The notes beneath the pieces were generated by a model. It made no database searches. It worked only from the letters and a program-made list of their open reading frames with translations, and was not told the DNA's origin. The translations under genes and the position numbers were made by a program. This document shows positions 32,801 through 43,465 of a stretch of DNA of 64,000 nucleotides, one piece after another. How positions within the stretch are numbered: position 1 is the first letter of the stretch; every line of letters starts with the position of its first letter. Source of the DNA: Malassezia furfur (taxonomy: Eukaryota); assembly GCA_052055015.1 (NCBI GenBank), contig JBQJIT010000014.1. The stretch is one strand, 5' to 3'.

Positions 32801-33191
32801 GCGGCGCGCGGCCCGTGACGCGCTTGAGCGTCCGGGCGACGCTCGTCAGAAAGTCGGTGGGGTCCTGTGTCTTGTCGGCCTGCCAGCGATACGAGCGTGC
32901 GAGTGTGATTTTGATGAACGAGTCGGGCTGCAACTCGAGCTCTTTCAGCGTCGCGAGGTCCCATTCCTTGCCGATACTGAACGAGCCGTTCGCGTTGCGC
33001 TTCGCCTTGTACAGTGCCGCGGACTGTGCGTCGGGCGACTGCGCGACGAGCAGGTACCGCGTCTTGTGGGTAGTGGCGGGGCCCTTATCATCTGGGAACT
33101 CGTACACTTTCACATGCGCCGTGTACTCGCGCGACGCACCGCGGCTCTGCAGTGCCGCCGCGAACTGCTCGCGGAACGTCGCGCCAGACAT
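29889..33191 (-). CDS. SEC3: Exocyst subunit Sec3
   Basis: N-terminal PH-like domain KTRYLL...YKAKRNANGSFSIGKEWDL, coiled-coil IAYVESQNRGLQVQTSNQ..LL.EI, and a helical C-terminal domain. Confidence 0.92.
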   Translation of the reverse strand: MSGATFREQFAAALQSRGASREYTAHVKVYEFPDDKGPATTHKTRYLLVAQSPDAQSAALYKAKRNANGSFSIGKEWDLATLKELELQPDSFIKITLARSYRWQADKTQDPTDFLTSVARTLKRVTGRAPRCVGWSFGETVTPQPAPAVQTHAPAPQALEPSAPSPVSTTLPTSPVRAAPQLPPIAPAPVLASPPQSMPAAFPGALPESPEAVRRPEPAPRAAPAPRAEPPVSVPKAEPPVASSVRHTERSAPLPAPVPVPAPAPTHAPALASAPAPSPAPAPTEPSIPPAVSSDVLAQMGVVSERDAAATPPRSAAADVLRRPSLVQTDLASARASPTARPAGLSRPAAALAPTAAESAAARRAGGKENPTLTHVEEMLEGFEWKGGTLSLDVRTAKSQAGTADVIEARLLEELAALESSNIHAMIESDERVSEVLRNMDAALSYLDQLDGSIAGYKRELNARAEDIAYVESQNRGLQVQTSNQRVLLHEIQTMLASDNVDSETVRQLSTVDVEALADVAQIEAAAATLYKSILQTRPDQHMRQAGTELSTMASRLQQYETLADRFSTRVVRGVADVLEREVKATLADPNEVRQTSAPNATLPPHERLEQSAGRYCGLMLYMKETTPGLFDQLASLYLRSAAYLYQVELQRVLAAWRQQLLTDDAQRSRRGGLQREKSVLGPSRGAETLPWEALQRVYAALVARIQDEHAFLSDLLHINDSNVTFADYMDLEAHYRHRAVITMSASATDGTEMTRALSQVFAALTPELDAFVASVAAADRIHVVGMLAETERVVRESAARRSGEFLVGALGKVLARMHADVTRLIDEQLHAVEHTPLALKKRKGIVPFVRSFAPLVQRIEAQLVDADDLPVRTTINEAYERIARAMFTLLQSLSSAGAVGADDDKGQLHHLVVLLENTHHLHTRIQPGLPPNAALVQVREQAQAMYAHALRGYMQTVLRRPLGKMIDFGNGIDALLQTTPANEVTLHSAYSKSSAKKLVRDYTAKDLRKAVEAMSKRVQKHFADDDDAGTAGAPVALDRDELAEVLSQVWRASEDAFARETDRFLRILKTCYNDALHVDYTSQDVRRPFHMTPPAVRRK

Positions 33192-33258
33192 GGCGGGCGG
33201 ATCGGGAGGCGGTCAATGTGGAGGGTGGAGCAAGGGGAGGGCGGCGAACCCGGCTCGG

Positions 33259-35031
33259 CTATGGGACACGGATACTTTCGCCGTGGTTGATCAGCGCAAA
33301 CGTCGGCACGTCGGATGCACCGTCATAGTGGCGTGCATACTGCACGTTCTGGATGGTACACGCGGCCTGCAGCCGGAAGATAGTCTCGGTAATCTCGTCC
33401 GGACCACACACAAACGTGCCCCAGTGGATCGCCAGGCAAACGGGCGCGCGCGGGCCTTGGTGCGCTCGCGTCATCAAGCGGAAAACGTTCACCGCGTCCG
33501 CCGTCGTCATGTGGTTCGCGCCCGTGAGTCCGTCCGAGAGCCGCGGGAATGGACTGAGCCAGTCGGGGAACACGTCAAAGCTCTTCAAGTACGCAAACGT
33601 CGCGCCCACCGAGATCGGCAGCAGCAGCATGTCGGGCGGCCCAATGCGCTGCGCAGCCTCGGCAAATGCAGGGCACGCGGGGTACTTGTGCGCACTCTTG
33701 CGCTTGCGTTTTCGGTCCGCCAGGCGGAACGGCAGCGACGACAGGCGACCCGGCGACGGTGGGCGGTCTTCCTGCTTCCGCAAGTGCTCTAGTCGGCTGC
33801 GGGCATCAAGGAACGAGCGCGCCCACTCGGGCGGGCGCGGGCGCAGCTTCGGCGAGCTCGTGGGCGACGCCGTCAACGTCGACGACAGCACAGGTGACAC
33901 GGGTCGACCCGAGTCAGAATTGTTGGCGGACGACCCCTCCTCGTCCGCACACATATGGGTATCATCACAACGGTCGTCGCCGTCGTGAAAGCGGTAGCCA
34001 GAGTCCCCGCCGAAAAAGACACGGTACACGTCCTCTGGCTTGTCGCCTGTGCGGTGCTCGAGCATCCAGCTGGACCACAGCGTGCGGCCCGCATCGGTCG
34101 CTGTGCGCCCAGAGCCATGTTGCGCCGGCGTACACACAATCCGTAGCGGCACATACGCATGGGATGCCGGCGTGCTGGGATACGAAGGCGTCGAGCCCCG
34201 CTCCGACACCGTCGATGCGCTGGACCGTGCGGACGACTCCGGCGCTTCCCAGGTGGCGCGGCGGCGGGGGAAGATGTGTGCCTCGTCCCACCAGTCCATC
34301 TCAGTGACGCGTTCTGGCGCAACACCAGGCGAGTCCTGGACAAACCACTTCTTGTTGCCGAGCGGCACAAAGAAGTGGATGGTGTCATAGAAGCGCTCCC
34401 AAAGCGCAACGATCGTGTTAAAGTCGAGATGATCGTAGTGATTGTGTGAGATGAGCACCGCGTCGATGGGCGGTAGGTCTTCAACCGAGCACGGCGCAGG
34501 GAAGAAACGGTGCGGCCCCACGAGCTGCGATGGGGAGCACCGTGCGGAAAAGATGGGGTCAAACAGCGCATGGAAAGGGCGCGATGCATCATCGAGGCCG
34601 GGTAGCTGCACTAGCACACCGGCGTGCCCTAGCCATGTTGCGCGTGCGTGGTCCGTGTCGCCAAACGCGAAGTTGGGCTTCTCTACCTGCAGGGGCAGCG
34701 ACGAACGCCGGCGCAGCAGGTCGAGTGAGAAAAGCCCCGACTCCTTCTCAGGCGTCTCGGTGCGTGTGTCCGGCGGCGACGAAGAGCGCAGCGACAGCGA
34801 GTGGCGCAGCTGCGACACCCAGCTGGCATGCTGCGTCTGGGCGGAGGTGCCGTCTCGTTCGCCCCACTCGAGGGCTTGTACGACCTGCGCCGTGGACGGC
34901 TTCAGCCAGCTATCCCATGGGTTTTGGAAGCCCACCGTCACCGCACGGCCGTCGTGGCGCTCAACGATGTGGTGCGCCGGCGGGTCGGCATGCTGCACAC
35001 GCTTGAGCTCGACCCGGAGCGGACTTGGCAT
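33259..35031 (-). CDS. NAPE-hydrolysing phospholipase D-like metallo-beta-lactamase (Fmp30/NAPE-PLD family)
   Basis: Motifs TWLGHA, DPIFSARCSP, ISHNHYDHLD, PAQH.SGR, LWSSW, FFGGDSGY and IHWGTF. Confidence 0.88.
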   Translation of the reverse strand: MPSPLRVELKRVQHADPPAHHIVERHDGRAVTVGFQNPWDSWLKPSTAQVVQALEWGERDGTSAQTQHASWVSQLRHSLSLRSSSPPDTRTETPEKESGLFSLDLLRRRSSLPLQVEKPNFAFGDTDHARATWLGHAGVLVQLPGLDDASRPFHALFDPIFSARCSPSQLVGPHRFFPAPCSVEDLPPIDAVLISHNHYDHLDFNTIVALWERFYDTIHFFVPLGNKKWFVQDSPGVAPERVTEMDWWDEAHIFPRRRATWEAPESSARSSASTVSERGSTPSYPSTPASHAYVPLRIVCTPAQHGSGRTATDAGRTLWSSWMLEHRTGDKPEDVYRVFFGGDSGYRFHDGDDRCDDTHMCADEEGSSANNSDSGRPVSPVLSSTLTASPTSSPKLRPRPPEWARSFLDARSRLEHLRKQEDRPPSPGRLSSLPFRLADRKRKRKSAHKYPACPAFAEAAQRIGPPDMLLLPISVGATFAYLKSFDVFPDWLSPFPRLSDGLTGANHMTTADAVNVFRLMTRAHQGPRAPVCLAIHWGTFVCGPDEITETIFRLQAACTIQNVQYARHYDGASDVPTFALINHGESIRVP

Positions 35032-35071
35032 GGACGTGCTGACAAAACAACAGTGCGGGGTTGACACCAGG

Positions 35072-36126
35072 ATGGAGACACGGTGCATCGCAGGCGCACG
35101 CGCACTCCTGTTTCACAGCGCACGGCCGCGTGCTGGTGTGCTGTTTGTGCCAGGTAAGCAGGCGCACTGACACAGGCAACCCGGGTATGGCCGAGTACTA
35201 TGCCTCGTTTCTCGATACGCTGTGTGCACAGCATGCGGGAACGACGGCACTGTGCGTCTCGTCGCTGGGACAGGACGTGGGCAAGGGCGCCACCGGCGCG
35301 AGCCTCGAAGAGGGAGCCGATGTGCCCCTGCCTCCGACGGGCCGCTTCCAGGTCGCGGGGCACACACGCACCTACTACTCGCTGCAGGACCAAATTGCGC
35401 TCCAGCGCCGCGCTTTGGACGCATTGACGCGCCTCCTGCCGCCTGACGCGCCCGTGTTTGTGTTTGGGCACAGCGTCGGTGCCTATATCTCATTGCAGCT
35501 CCTCCAGCAGCACGAGCATGTTCGGGGCGTGTACCTCCTGTTCCCGACGATCAGCTACATTGTCAAAGCGCCGCGTGCGTCGTCGCTGCGGCTCATCCTG
35601 ACGCCGTGGGGCGCGTGGTTGGCGCAGGGACTCGCCAACTTCCTTGCACTCTTCCCATTTGCGTGGATTTGTGCACTGATCTCGTTCGTGACGCGCATGG
35701 ATGCGCGCTCTGCCGAGATTACCACCGCGTTCGTTACAGGCCCTGGTGCCGCATGGAATGCGCTGTGCATGGCTATGGACGAGATGCACACCATCACGAC
35801 GATCCCGCCTCACCTTGTCGAATACCTTGATAAGAACCAGACCCTGCTCCGGGCCTACTTTGGCCACGGCGAGACGGTACGTGCCACACTAATCCAGGAT
35901 ACATGGGTGCCTTCGTGGCAGCGCAAGCACGCGGAGGAGGTGCTTTCGCTCGCACCCGCGTCGGACCCGCTGCTCCCCCGCACATCGGCGGTGTGTGAGC
36001 TGGGCATGCCGCACGCATTTTGCCTACGTACGTTCTATTTCTTACGCAGGGCACAGTCGCCCGATGGCCGAGATCGCGGCGCGCTGGCTGGCGGCGGATG
36101 CGGCCGGTGGAGGTAGTCGTTCCTAG
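35072..36126 (+). CDS. Lipid droplet-associated hydrolase (LDAH/YPR147C family alpha/beta hydrolase)
   Basis: Spliced VLFVPGNPGMAEYY..FL, YSLQDQI, nucleophile GHSVG, LLFPTI, DTWV and PHAFC. Introns at 35154-35175, 35877-35897 and 36028-36049. Confidence 0.88.
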
Positions 36127-36131
36127 TGACC

Positions 36132-39100
36132 ATGGCCAAGGGTTTGCCGACGCTGTCGCGCGACTGGGCGTCGTTGGGCGCGTCCAACGCGCCCAAGGCC
36201 AACGTCCCGGCCGACTCGCCGCGCATCGCCACGGCGCTCAACACATTTGCGACGTACATTGACGCGGAGCGCCAGGTGTACATCAGTGTACGTCGCTCGC
36301 CCACTCACTCAGGCGCAAGCGAGCGGCCGTCGGATCAATGTGTTTCTGGGGCGTACGCGCACGATGCAGTGTGTATCGTTTGATGACGTGCCGGGCAGCG
36401 CTGGGCGCCTGCGCAGCGCGACGGTGAGCAGCATTGCGCTCGGCGCAGACGCCAAGGACTCGGACAACCTCCTGGTACGTCGCGCGACTCACGCAGCTCG
36501 CGGCGTCGTTTGCGGGTGTCATTGCATTCTGGCGCCTCGATGCACTAAACCGCAGCAAACAGACCCAGACGCCGACGTACACGCGCTGGCGCCTCGATGG
36601 CACACTGCCGATCCCTCGCGAGTTTGTCACGACGCTCGACATCCACGAAGGGCGCCTTGCGGTCGGTACGGACCACGGCGTATCGGTGTACAAGCGCCCG
36701 CCCCGCACGGGCGCGTCATGGCGCCGCGTCTTTCGCAAGAGGTACGTCTATGGCTGACGCAGCGCGCCCCGCTCCCTGCTCTCCGTGCGATGGTCGCCCG
36801 ACGGGCAGTACCTCGCGGCGGTCCCGCTGTTTGACCGGCGCGTGCTCGTGTGGTATGCAGACGCATCGGAAGGCAAACAGATGCAGCTGACTACGCGGCT
36901 TACGCACACGCGCGTCGTACATGCCATTGCTTGGCGCTGGCCACGCGCGGGACATGCGCCGCGGCCCGTGCTGGCGGTCATTACGTCGAACCGGGCGGCG
37001 TACATCTACTCGCCGGTACTCGACGAGCCGCATGCGCTGCGGCAGTGGGCGGCAGTCGACCCTGCTATCGACCTCGGCCTCGAGTCGACGTCCAAGCCGG
37101 CCGCCCTGATGTACTGCGACGCATATCGCCTGTCGGTTGCGCTCCAGCACGATATGGATCAGCTCGCTCATGCCGAGCAGCGCGCCAAGGCTGGCGTGAC
37201 CAGCGGTGCGAATGAGGAGATCGAGCGTTCGCGGCGGCACCGCATCCAGCAGCTGCTGGACCATGCACCGGACTTGTTTCTCGCACTGCTTGCGGATGGA
37301 AGCCTTGCGGTGTACGCACTGATGAACGTTGAAAGCAGCAGCCCGGTGCTGTGGCAGACGTACATTGTGCTCCAGTTGCCACAAAGTGTCGCGGTCGACA
37401 CGTCGGCGGCGCCGACGCTCCTGCAGTTTGTGCCGCTCGCGTACGGCGGTGCGCCGCCCATGGGGGAGATGGTTCCTACGGCGCTCATCCATGCACAAAG
37501 CGCCAACGGCATGCGCGGAACTGCAGCCGTGTCGATGGCACTGCTTCTGGATGGCGATCAGCGTGGCCTGTTTGTGCAAGACACGCTGCTAACGACGGAG
37601 CGCGACGCACCGACGGTGCCATCGACCGGTACGCCCGTGCGCTTCTTGCGTGCCGAGCATAAGACGGACATTATTGCACTGCAACCCGCGAACAGCGGCC
37701 ACGGCCTAGTGTCGCTCTCGCTCGATGGCGTGTTGATCGGCTGGCATCTCCATGAGCGAGGACACGCGGCACTCCTCTCTGAGCACCGTGTGCGCCTGCG
37801 TGGCGCAACGGCCGCGACGGTGTTGCAGACGGATGCACACGCTGCTATGCTGGTAGAAGGCCACATCGCGCTCGTTGCCATGGACCCCAGCTCGGGCAGC
37901 GGCGGCACCCGTTCGTTTGCCACGACCGACATGTCGGTCGAGACCGAGCTGCTGCCCACTAATATCACCGAAGAAGCGATGCTGACATTCACGAGCGTGC
38001 GGTGCGCTGATGGTGCATTCGCCATTGTGGCGTGCACGCGGGACGCTCACATGTGCGTATGGCGCATTAGATCAGGGCCTGAGACGTGCCAGCTCGAGGC
38101 GCCCGTCACGTTCCGTCTCGGGGAAGAAGCGCCGTCGGAGCTGCGGGCTGCGGCGGTCTTCGACATGCTCCACCTCGACACGTATGCCGGCCCGGCGCTG
38201 TGCACCGTCGACACGCACGGTACGCTGGTCGTGTGGGATCTGGAAGGGCACGCGCATGTGCGCATCCACACAGCGCATACCGACGCCCGCGCGCTCGCCG
38301 CGAGTCGCACGGGCCACCTCGCGCTCGCCGCGTGGGAAGGCGGCAGCTGGCACGTGTCGGTGTGGGATATGACGCGCGCGGCGTTCTCGTACGCGCGCGT
38401 GCACAGCGCCGATGTGCCGGGCGATGCGTCGCACTGCCCTGCGCTGGCATGGAGCATGCCCGAGCGCGGTGCGGCGCTGCTCGCGATTGGTGTCGAAACA
38501 TCGGTGCGCATTTGGGCTCCTTGTACGCCTCAGGCCGGTGTGGGGAGCCGCGGCGCGATGTGGGCGCCGCTTGCGCAGGTCGACCTGGAAGAAGGCGGCA
38601 CAGGCAGCGTGAGCCACGTCGCGTGGCTTGCGGGCGAGCGGCTGCTCGTTGCGTCGACGTGCCAGCTGTTCCTGTACGCGGCAGGCACCGATGCACACGA
38701 CGTCGCACACTGGCTTCCTGTCCTGGCCTCTGAGCATGCGGCGCTTCTGCCAGCGTACCACCCGCGGCATCTGCAGTACTGTGTGCAGATGCGGTTCCTC
38801 GACGCGGCACACACCATTGTGCGCGACCTCCGGCGTGCCATGACCTCGTCACTCTACAGCCCCGACACAGTGGCCGAGTGCTCGGTCGCGTGGGATGCCT
38901 ACCTTGTGCGCGCGCCGCCGGACACGCACGGCACGGACCGCGTGCCGGATGAGCAGCTTGCTGAGCTGATCGAGACGCTCACCGAGCGCCGTGCGCCCGG
39001 CCTGTCCGATGTGGATACCCGCCTTTTGCGCGCCGTGCTGAGCTCGTTCCGTGCAACGCTTGCCGAGCCCGTGGACGAGTGCGGCAGGCTGTTCCTCACA

Positions 39101-40213
39101 TACCTCGATGCCGCGCTTTCCGAGGAGCCGGCGCCCGCACCGACGCTACCGCCCGGTGCGATGCTGTTCTGGGCGCAGCACAGCGCGACACAAGAGATCC
39201 TCGTGGGCCGAACACAGTCCGCGTGTGGCCAGACCATGGCATGGCCGCAGCTCTGTACATCGGGCGTATTTGCGTGGTCGCGCGACCGTGCGACGCTGCT
39301 CCCGCTCATGGAGCAGGCGGCGCGCATGGCCTATACAGCGGGCGACGACGTCGACCCGGTACAAAGTACGCTCTTCTACCTCGCGCTGCGGCGTGAGACG
39401 ACGGTGCGCTCTATCTGGCGGCGTGCCCACGGCCACCCCGACCAGGCCAAGATGAACCGCTTCCTCGCAAACGACTTTAGCGTGGAGCGCTGGCGCATCG
39501 CCGCCCAAAAGAATGCGTTTGCGCTGATCAGCCAGCGGCGCTTCGACTTTGCCGCAGCCTTTTTCCTGCTCGGTGATGCACTGCAGGACGCCGTGAACGT
39601 GTGTGTGCGCAACCTGCGCAATGTCCCGCTCGCGATTGCGATCGCACGCGTGTACGAGGAGGACGACTGCGGCCCTGTGTTCCGCCGGCTGTTGGAGCGA
39701 CACATTGTGCCCCATGCCGTGGAGCGCGGGAATCGCTGGCTTGCGTGCTGGGCGCTGAGTGTGCTAGAGGAGCACGATGCAGCCATGCGGGTGATCGAGG
39801 TACGTGAATGACTCACCCAGACCCCTCTGCGTGCGTTTGCCGAAGACTCGCGGCATGCCGCCTGGCACGTCGCGGACGTCGAGTCTGTCGGCACCGACGC
39901 GCCGGACCCGGCGCTTGCGCTCGCCGTGGAGTATGCGCGGCAGCACGACTGGGCCTCGGTCGCGGACGAGCCGGCATTTGTGGCGCTGTGTGCGCGGCGC
40001 TGGCAAGAAATGGGTACGTGGTGTGCTGACCATGCAGGCTGTGACTACATTGGGCTTGGCACGCTCGCGACGTGGTCGTTCGCGGCACCGGAGGCGCCTG
40101 CGGAGCCTCCTGCGGCACCCACGAAAAAGATCGCGCCGCTGCTCGCGCCCGAGCATGCGCCGCCTGCGTCACAGGGCGCGGCCGAGTTTGACTTGGACGC
40201 GTTTGGATTCTAA
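36132..40213 (+). CDS. RAV1: RAVE complex subunit Rav1 (V-ATPase assembly, WD40 + Rav1p_C)
   Basis: Rav1p_C segment FLANDFSVERWRIAAQKNAFALISQRRFDFAAAFFLLGDALQDAVNVC. Introns at 36288-36312, 36475-36496, 36742-36762, 39800-39820 and 40014-40037. Confidence 0.88.
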
Positions 40214-40305
40214 CGCACAGGCCACCTGATCCTATCACACGTGGGTAGATACGTAAATAAGAGTCGGAGTGGCCGGAACGCAGCCTCCCACATTGAAATT
40301 CCATC

Positions 40306-41580
40306 ATGAGTGCTCGTTTGCTGTCCCGCAGTGTGCGTCCACTGCTGTCCATCCCACGCGCGGTGCGCTTTGAGAGCGTCTGGGCCGGTGTCCAGGCTGG
40401 CCCGCCCGACCCGATTCTCGGTGTGACCGAGGCGTTCAAGCGCGACACGGACCCGCGCAAAATTAACCTCGGTGTCGGTGCCTACCGCGACGGCAACGGC
40501 AAGCCGTACGTGCTGCCGTCCGTACGTGAGGCGGAGGGCATCATCTTTGCCGAGCAGCTTGACAAGGAGTACCTGCCCATCACCGGTCTGGCGCAGTTCG
40601 ACCAGCTCGCGGCGAAGCTCGCGTACGGCGAGCAGTCGAAGCCGCTCGTGGAGGGCCGCGTCGCTGCGACGCAGTCCATCTCGGGCACGGGTGCGCTGCG
40701 CATCGGCGGTGAGTTCCTTGCGCGCCACTACCCCGGCCCCAAGACGATCTACGTCCCGACGCCGACGTGGGGCAACCACATCCCGATCTTTAAGAACTCG
40801 GGTCTAGAGGTGAAGCACTATGCGTACTACGACAAGAACACGGTCGCGCTCGACTTCGAGGGCATGGTGCGTGACCTGCGCAACGCGCCGGAGAAGAGCA
40901 TTGTGCTGCTGCACGCGTGCGCGCACAACCCGACCGGTGTCGACCCGACCCAGGAGCAGTGGAAGCAGATCGCCGAGGTGGTCAAGGAGAAGGGCCATTT
41001 CCCCTTCTTCGATATGGCCTACCAGGGCTTCGCGAGCGGCGATGCCGACCGCGACGCGTTCGCTGTGCGCTACTTTGTCGAGCAGGGCCTAGAGGTTGCG
41101 CTCTCGCAAAGCTTTGCCAAGAACATGGGCATGTACGGTGAGCGCACCGGTCTCTTCTCGCTGGTGACTGGCTCGCCCGAGGAGAAGAGCCGCGTCGAGA
41201 GCCAGCTCAAGATCACCGTGCGCCCGATGATCTCGAACCCGCCGCTGCACGGCGCTCGCATCGCCGCGCGCATCCTGAGCAACGACGCGCTCAAGGCGCA
41301 GTGGCTCGCCGAGGTCCGCGGCATGGCTGACCGCATCAAGTCGATGCGTGCGATGCTCCGTGGCCTGCTGGTGGACGAGTACGGCTCGAAGCGCAACTGG
41401 GACCACATCACCAACCAGATCGGCATGTTTGCCTTCCTCGGCATCACGCCCGAGCAGGTGGAGAAGCTTAGCAGCGAGCACCACGTCTACCTCACCAAGG
41501 ACGGCCGTATCTCTGTGGCCGGCATCACGGAGCACAACGTCAAGCACCTGGCCGAGTCGCTCGCCAAGGTCACGGCTTAA
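40306..41580 (+). CDS. AAT1: Mitochondrial aspartate aminotransferase
   Basis: Presequence, then PPDPILGVTEAFK, KINLGVGAYRD, HACAHNPTGVDP, DMAYQGFASG and the PLP lysine motif SFAKNMGMYGER. Confidence 0.96.
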   Translation: MSARLLSRSVRPLLSIPRAVRFESVWAGVQAGPPDPILGVTEAFKRDTDPRKINLGVGAYRDGNGKPYVLPSVREAEGIIFAEQLDKEYLPITGLAQFDQLAAKLAYGEQSKPLVEGRVAATQSISGTGALRIGGEFLARHYPGPKTIYVPTPTWGNHIPIFKNSGLEVKHYAYYDKNTVALDFEGMVRDLRNAPEKSIVLLHACAHNPTGVDPTQEQWKQIAEVVKEKGHFPFFDMAYQGFASGDADRDAFAVRYFVEQGLEVALSQSFAKNMGMYGERTGLFSLVTGSPEEKSRVESQLKITVRPMISNPPLHGARIAARILSNDALKAQWLAEVRGMADRIKSMRAMLRGLLVDEYGSKRNWDHITNQIGMFAFLGITPEQVEKLSSEHHVYLTKDGRISVAGITEHNVKHLAESLAKVTA

Positions 41581-41581
41581 T

Positions 41582-43370
41582 TTAATCGGCGTTCCGTAGG
41601 CGCGGCGGCATCCGCGGCAAGCCCAATAGGGCATAACTGAGTGAGCTACGCCACGCACACACTCGCCTCGCTTGGCGTCGTCATCAGCGCGCCGTCCGCC
41701 TCGCGCGTCACGCCCGTCGCGGCAAACTGGGTTAGCCAGGCACCTACCACATAGCCACGCGTGCGCGCCCAGCGCCGCAAATCGCGCTCGTACAGTACGC
41801 TTCCAGTCCACCCGAGCAGCGCTGCGCCATACTGCGCGCGGGGGGCAAACACAATGTCCACGCGGCGATGCACGCTCGTCGGCGAAGCACGGTACACGAG
41901 CTGTGCTACGTCCACACCGTGAGCGTGCGAATGGGTATGCGCACGGCGTGCCAACGACACGGTATGTGTCACGCGCCCCGATGCACGCAGCTCGCGCACG
42001 AGGCGCGCGAGGGCATCGCCCGGTGATACTGCGTCGTCCGCGCCCGCCGTCACCACTAAGTCGACGTCGCCGCTCGTCGGTGCACCGCGCCGAAAGCTCC
42101 CTGCGATTGTGCCGATAGCATGTGGCAAGAAGGTGCGCAGTTGATGCATAATCTGGTCCGCAATGTTCACCACCTCGGCCCGGGGGATCCTCAGCTCGAG
42201 TTCGGGCAGCAGCGCGAGACTCTCCACGACTCCCAGGTGCGTCGACAGCGCCGTCGACTTGTGACGCGTCAGGTCCTCGAGCGTACGGCACCCTTCATTG
42301 TAGGCGCGCTCGGCGGTGCGCGGCCCAATACTGTACAGCGTCGTAAAGCACAGCAGTGTCTGGATCGCGGGGTCGGCACGCACTGTATCCGCCTCAGCAA
42401 TGGAGCCACGCGCGTAAAACTGGCGGATAACGTGTGCCATCTTCTTGCCGATGCCTTTGAGGGTGCACAGTGCATCATCGTCGGCGGTGTCGAGCGCATA
42501 TGGTACCGCCTTAACGGCCGCTGCTGCGCGCATGTATGCCATCTCGCTGTACATGTCGCTCGTGAGCCGCCGGTGCTGTCGCAGCAGCTGAAGCTCGTCA
42601 ACAAGCGCCTGGTTATATGCGCTCCGCAGCGGCGTGGGGCGGAATACGGAAAGATCAGTGTTCGACCATGCCGGTGCATGTCTGTAAGCATCCGCATCGG
42701 TTAGCTCGTCTGGCATGTCGCCTGGCACGCTGCACCAGCTCGGCAAAGGGGAGTCCGGCCGAGGGTGGCCCGAGCGCATGGGAGAATCGGGCCGCGAGGA
42801 GGGGCGCGGAGAGCGCGAGCGCATGGACCCTGCTCCTGTCCAAGTTGCATCCTCGACACTGTTGTCCTCAGGGCTCGGCGTTGCGCTCGAGTCGCTGCGC
42901 ACGGACTCTGGGGATCTCGGCGCCGGGGGTATCTCTGCAAGGGGACCTGGCTGTGCCGCTGCTTCTGGCGACCGACATGTCTGTCTTGCTTTCTTCTCAG
43001 TTCCCCCCCTGCCCTCCTCTGTAGGAGAGTGACTCCGTTTCGTTGGCGTGGCAGCACTAGGGTAGACCAGGAACGCATCTGGAGAGACGCTTACACCCTC
43101 GTCCGCACATGCATCGAGCCATGCGAGGCTCGCGATGGGTTTGTTTTGCTGCATTAGAGGGCCACATACTCTTTCCTCTTCTGTTACGTGCCGTTCGAGC
43201 CGACGAGGTGCGCGCATCGCGGTCAGCAAGAGGTTGGCATCCTCGCGTGTGTCGCAGACAACAGCACCGAGCGCACGAGCGCGCTCGTTTGCGCGCGCAA
43301 GCTGATCACTGGTGAGAAGCTGCGGGAGTATGTAGATGCCTGTTTCAGTACCCGCACGTACGCGTTGCAT
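41582..43370 (-). CDS. POL4: Family X DNA polymerase, Pol mu/TdT-like, with N-terminal BRCT-like domain
   Basis: HhH motif LKGIGKK, GSFRRG...GDVDL, RRVDIV and LLGWTGS (GW, Pol mu type). Spliced C-terminus YALLGLPRMPPRLRNAD. Introns at 43149-43169, 41727-41747 and 41637-41658. Confidence 0.9.
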
Positions 43371-43465
43371 GGCTCAGAACGCGCGACGGGGCGCGCACGG
43401 ATCGCTGCAGCCGCCCAAAAACGTCGCGGGGCCGCATTCCTTCCTCCACAAGGCCGTCCTCGTAG

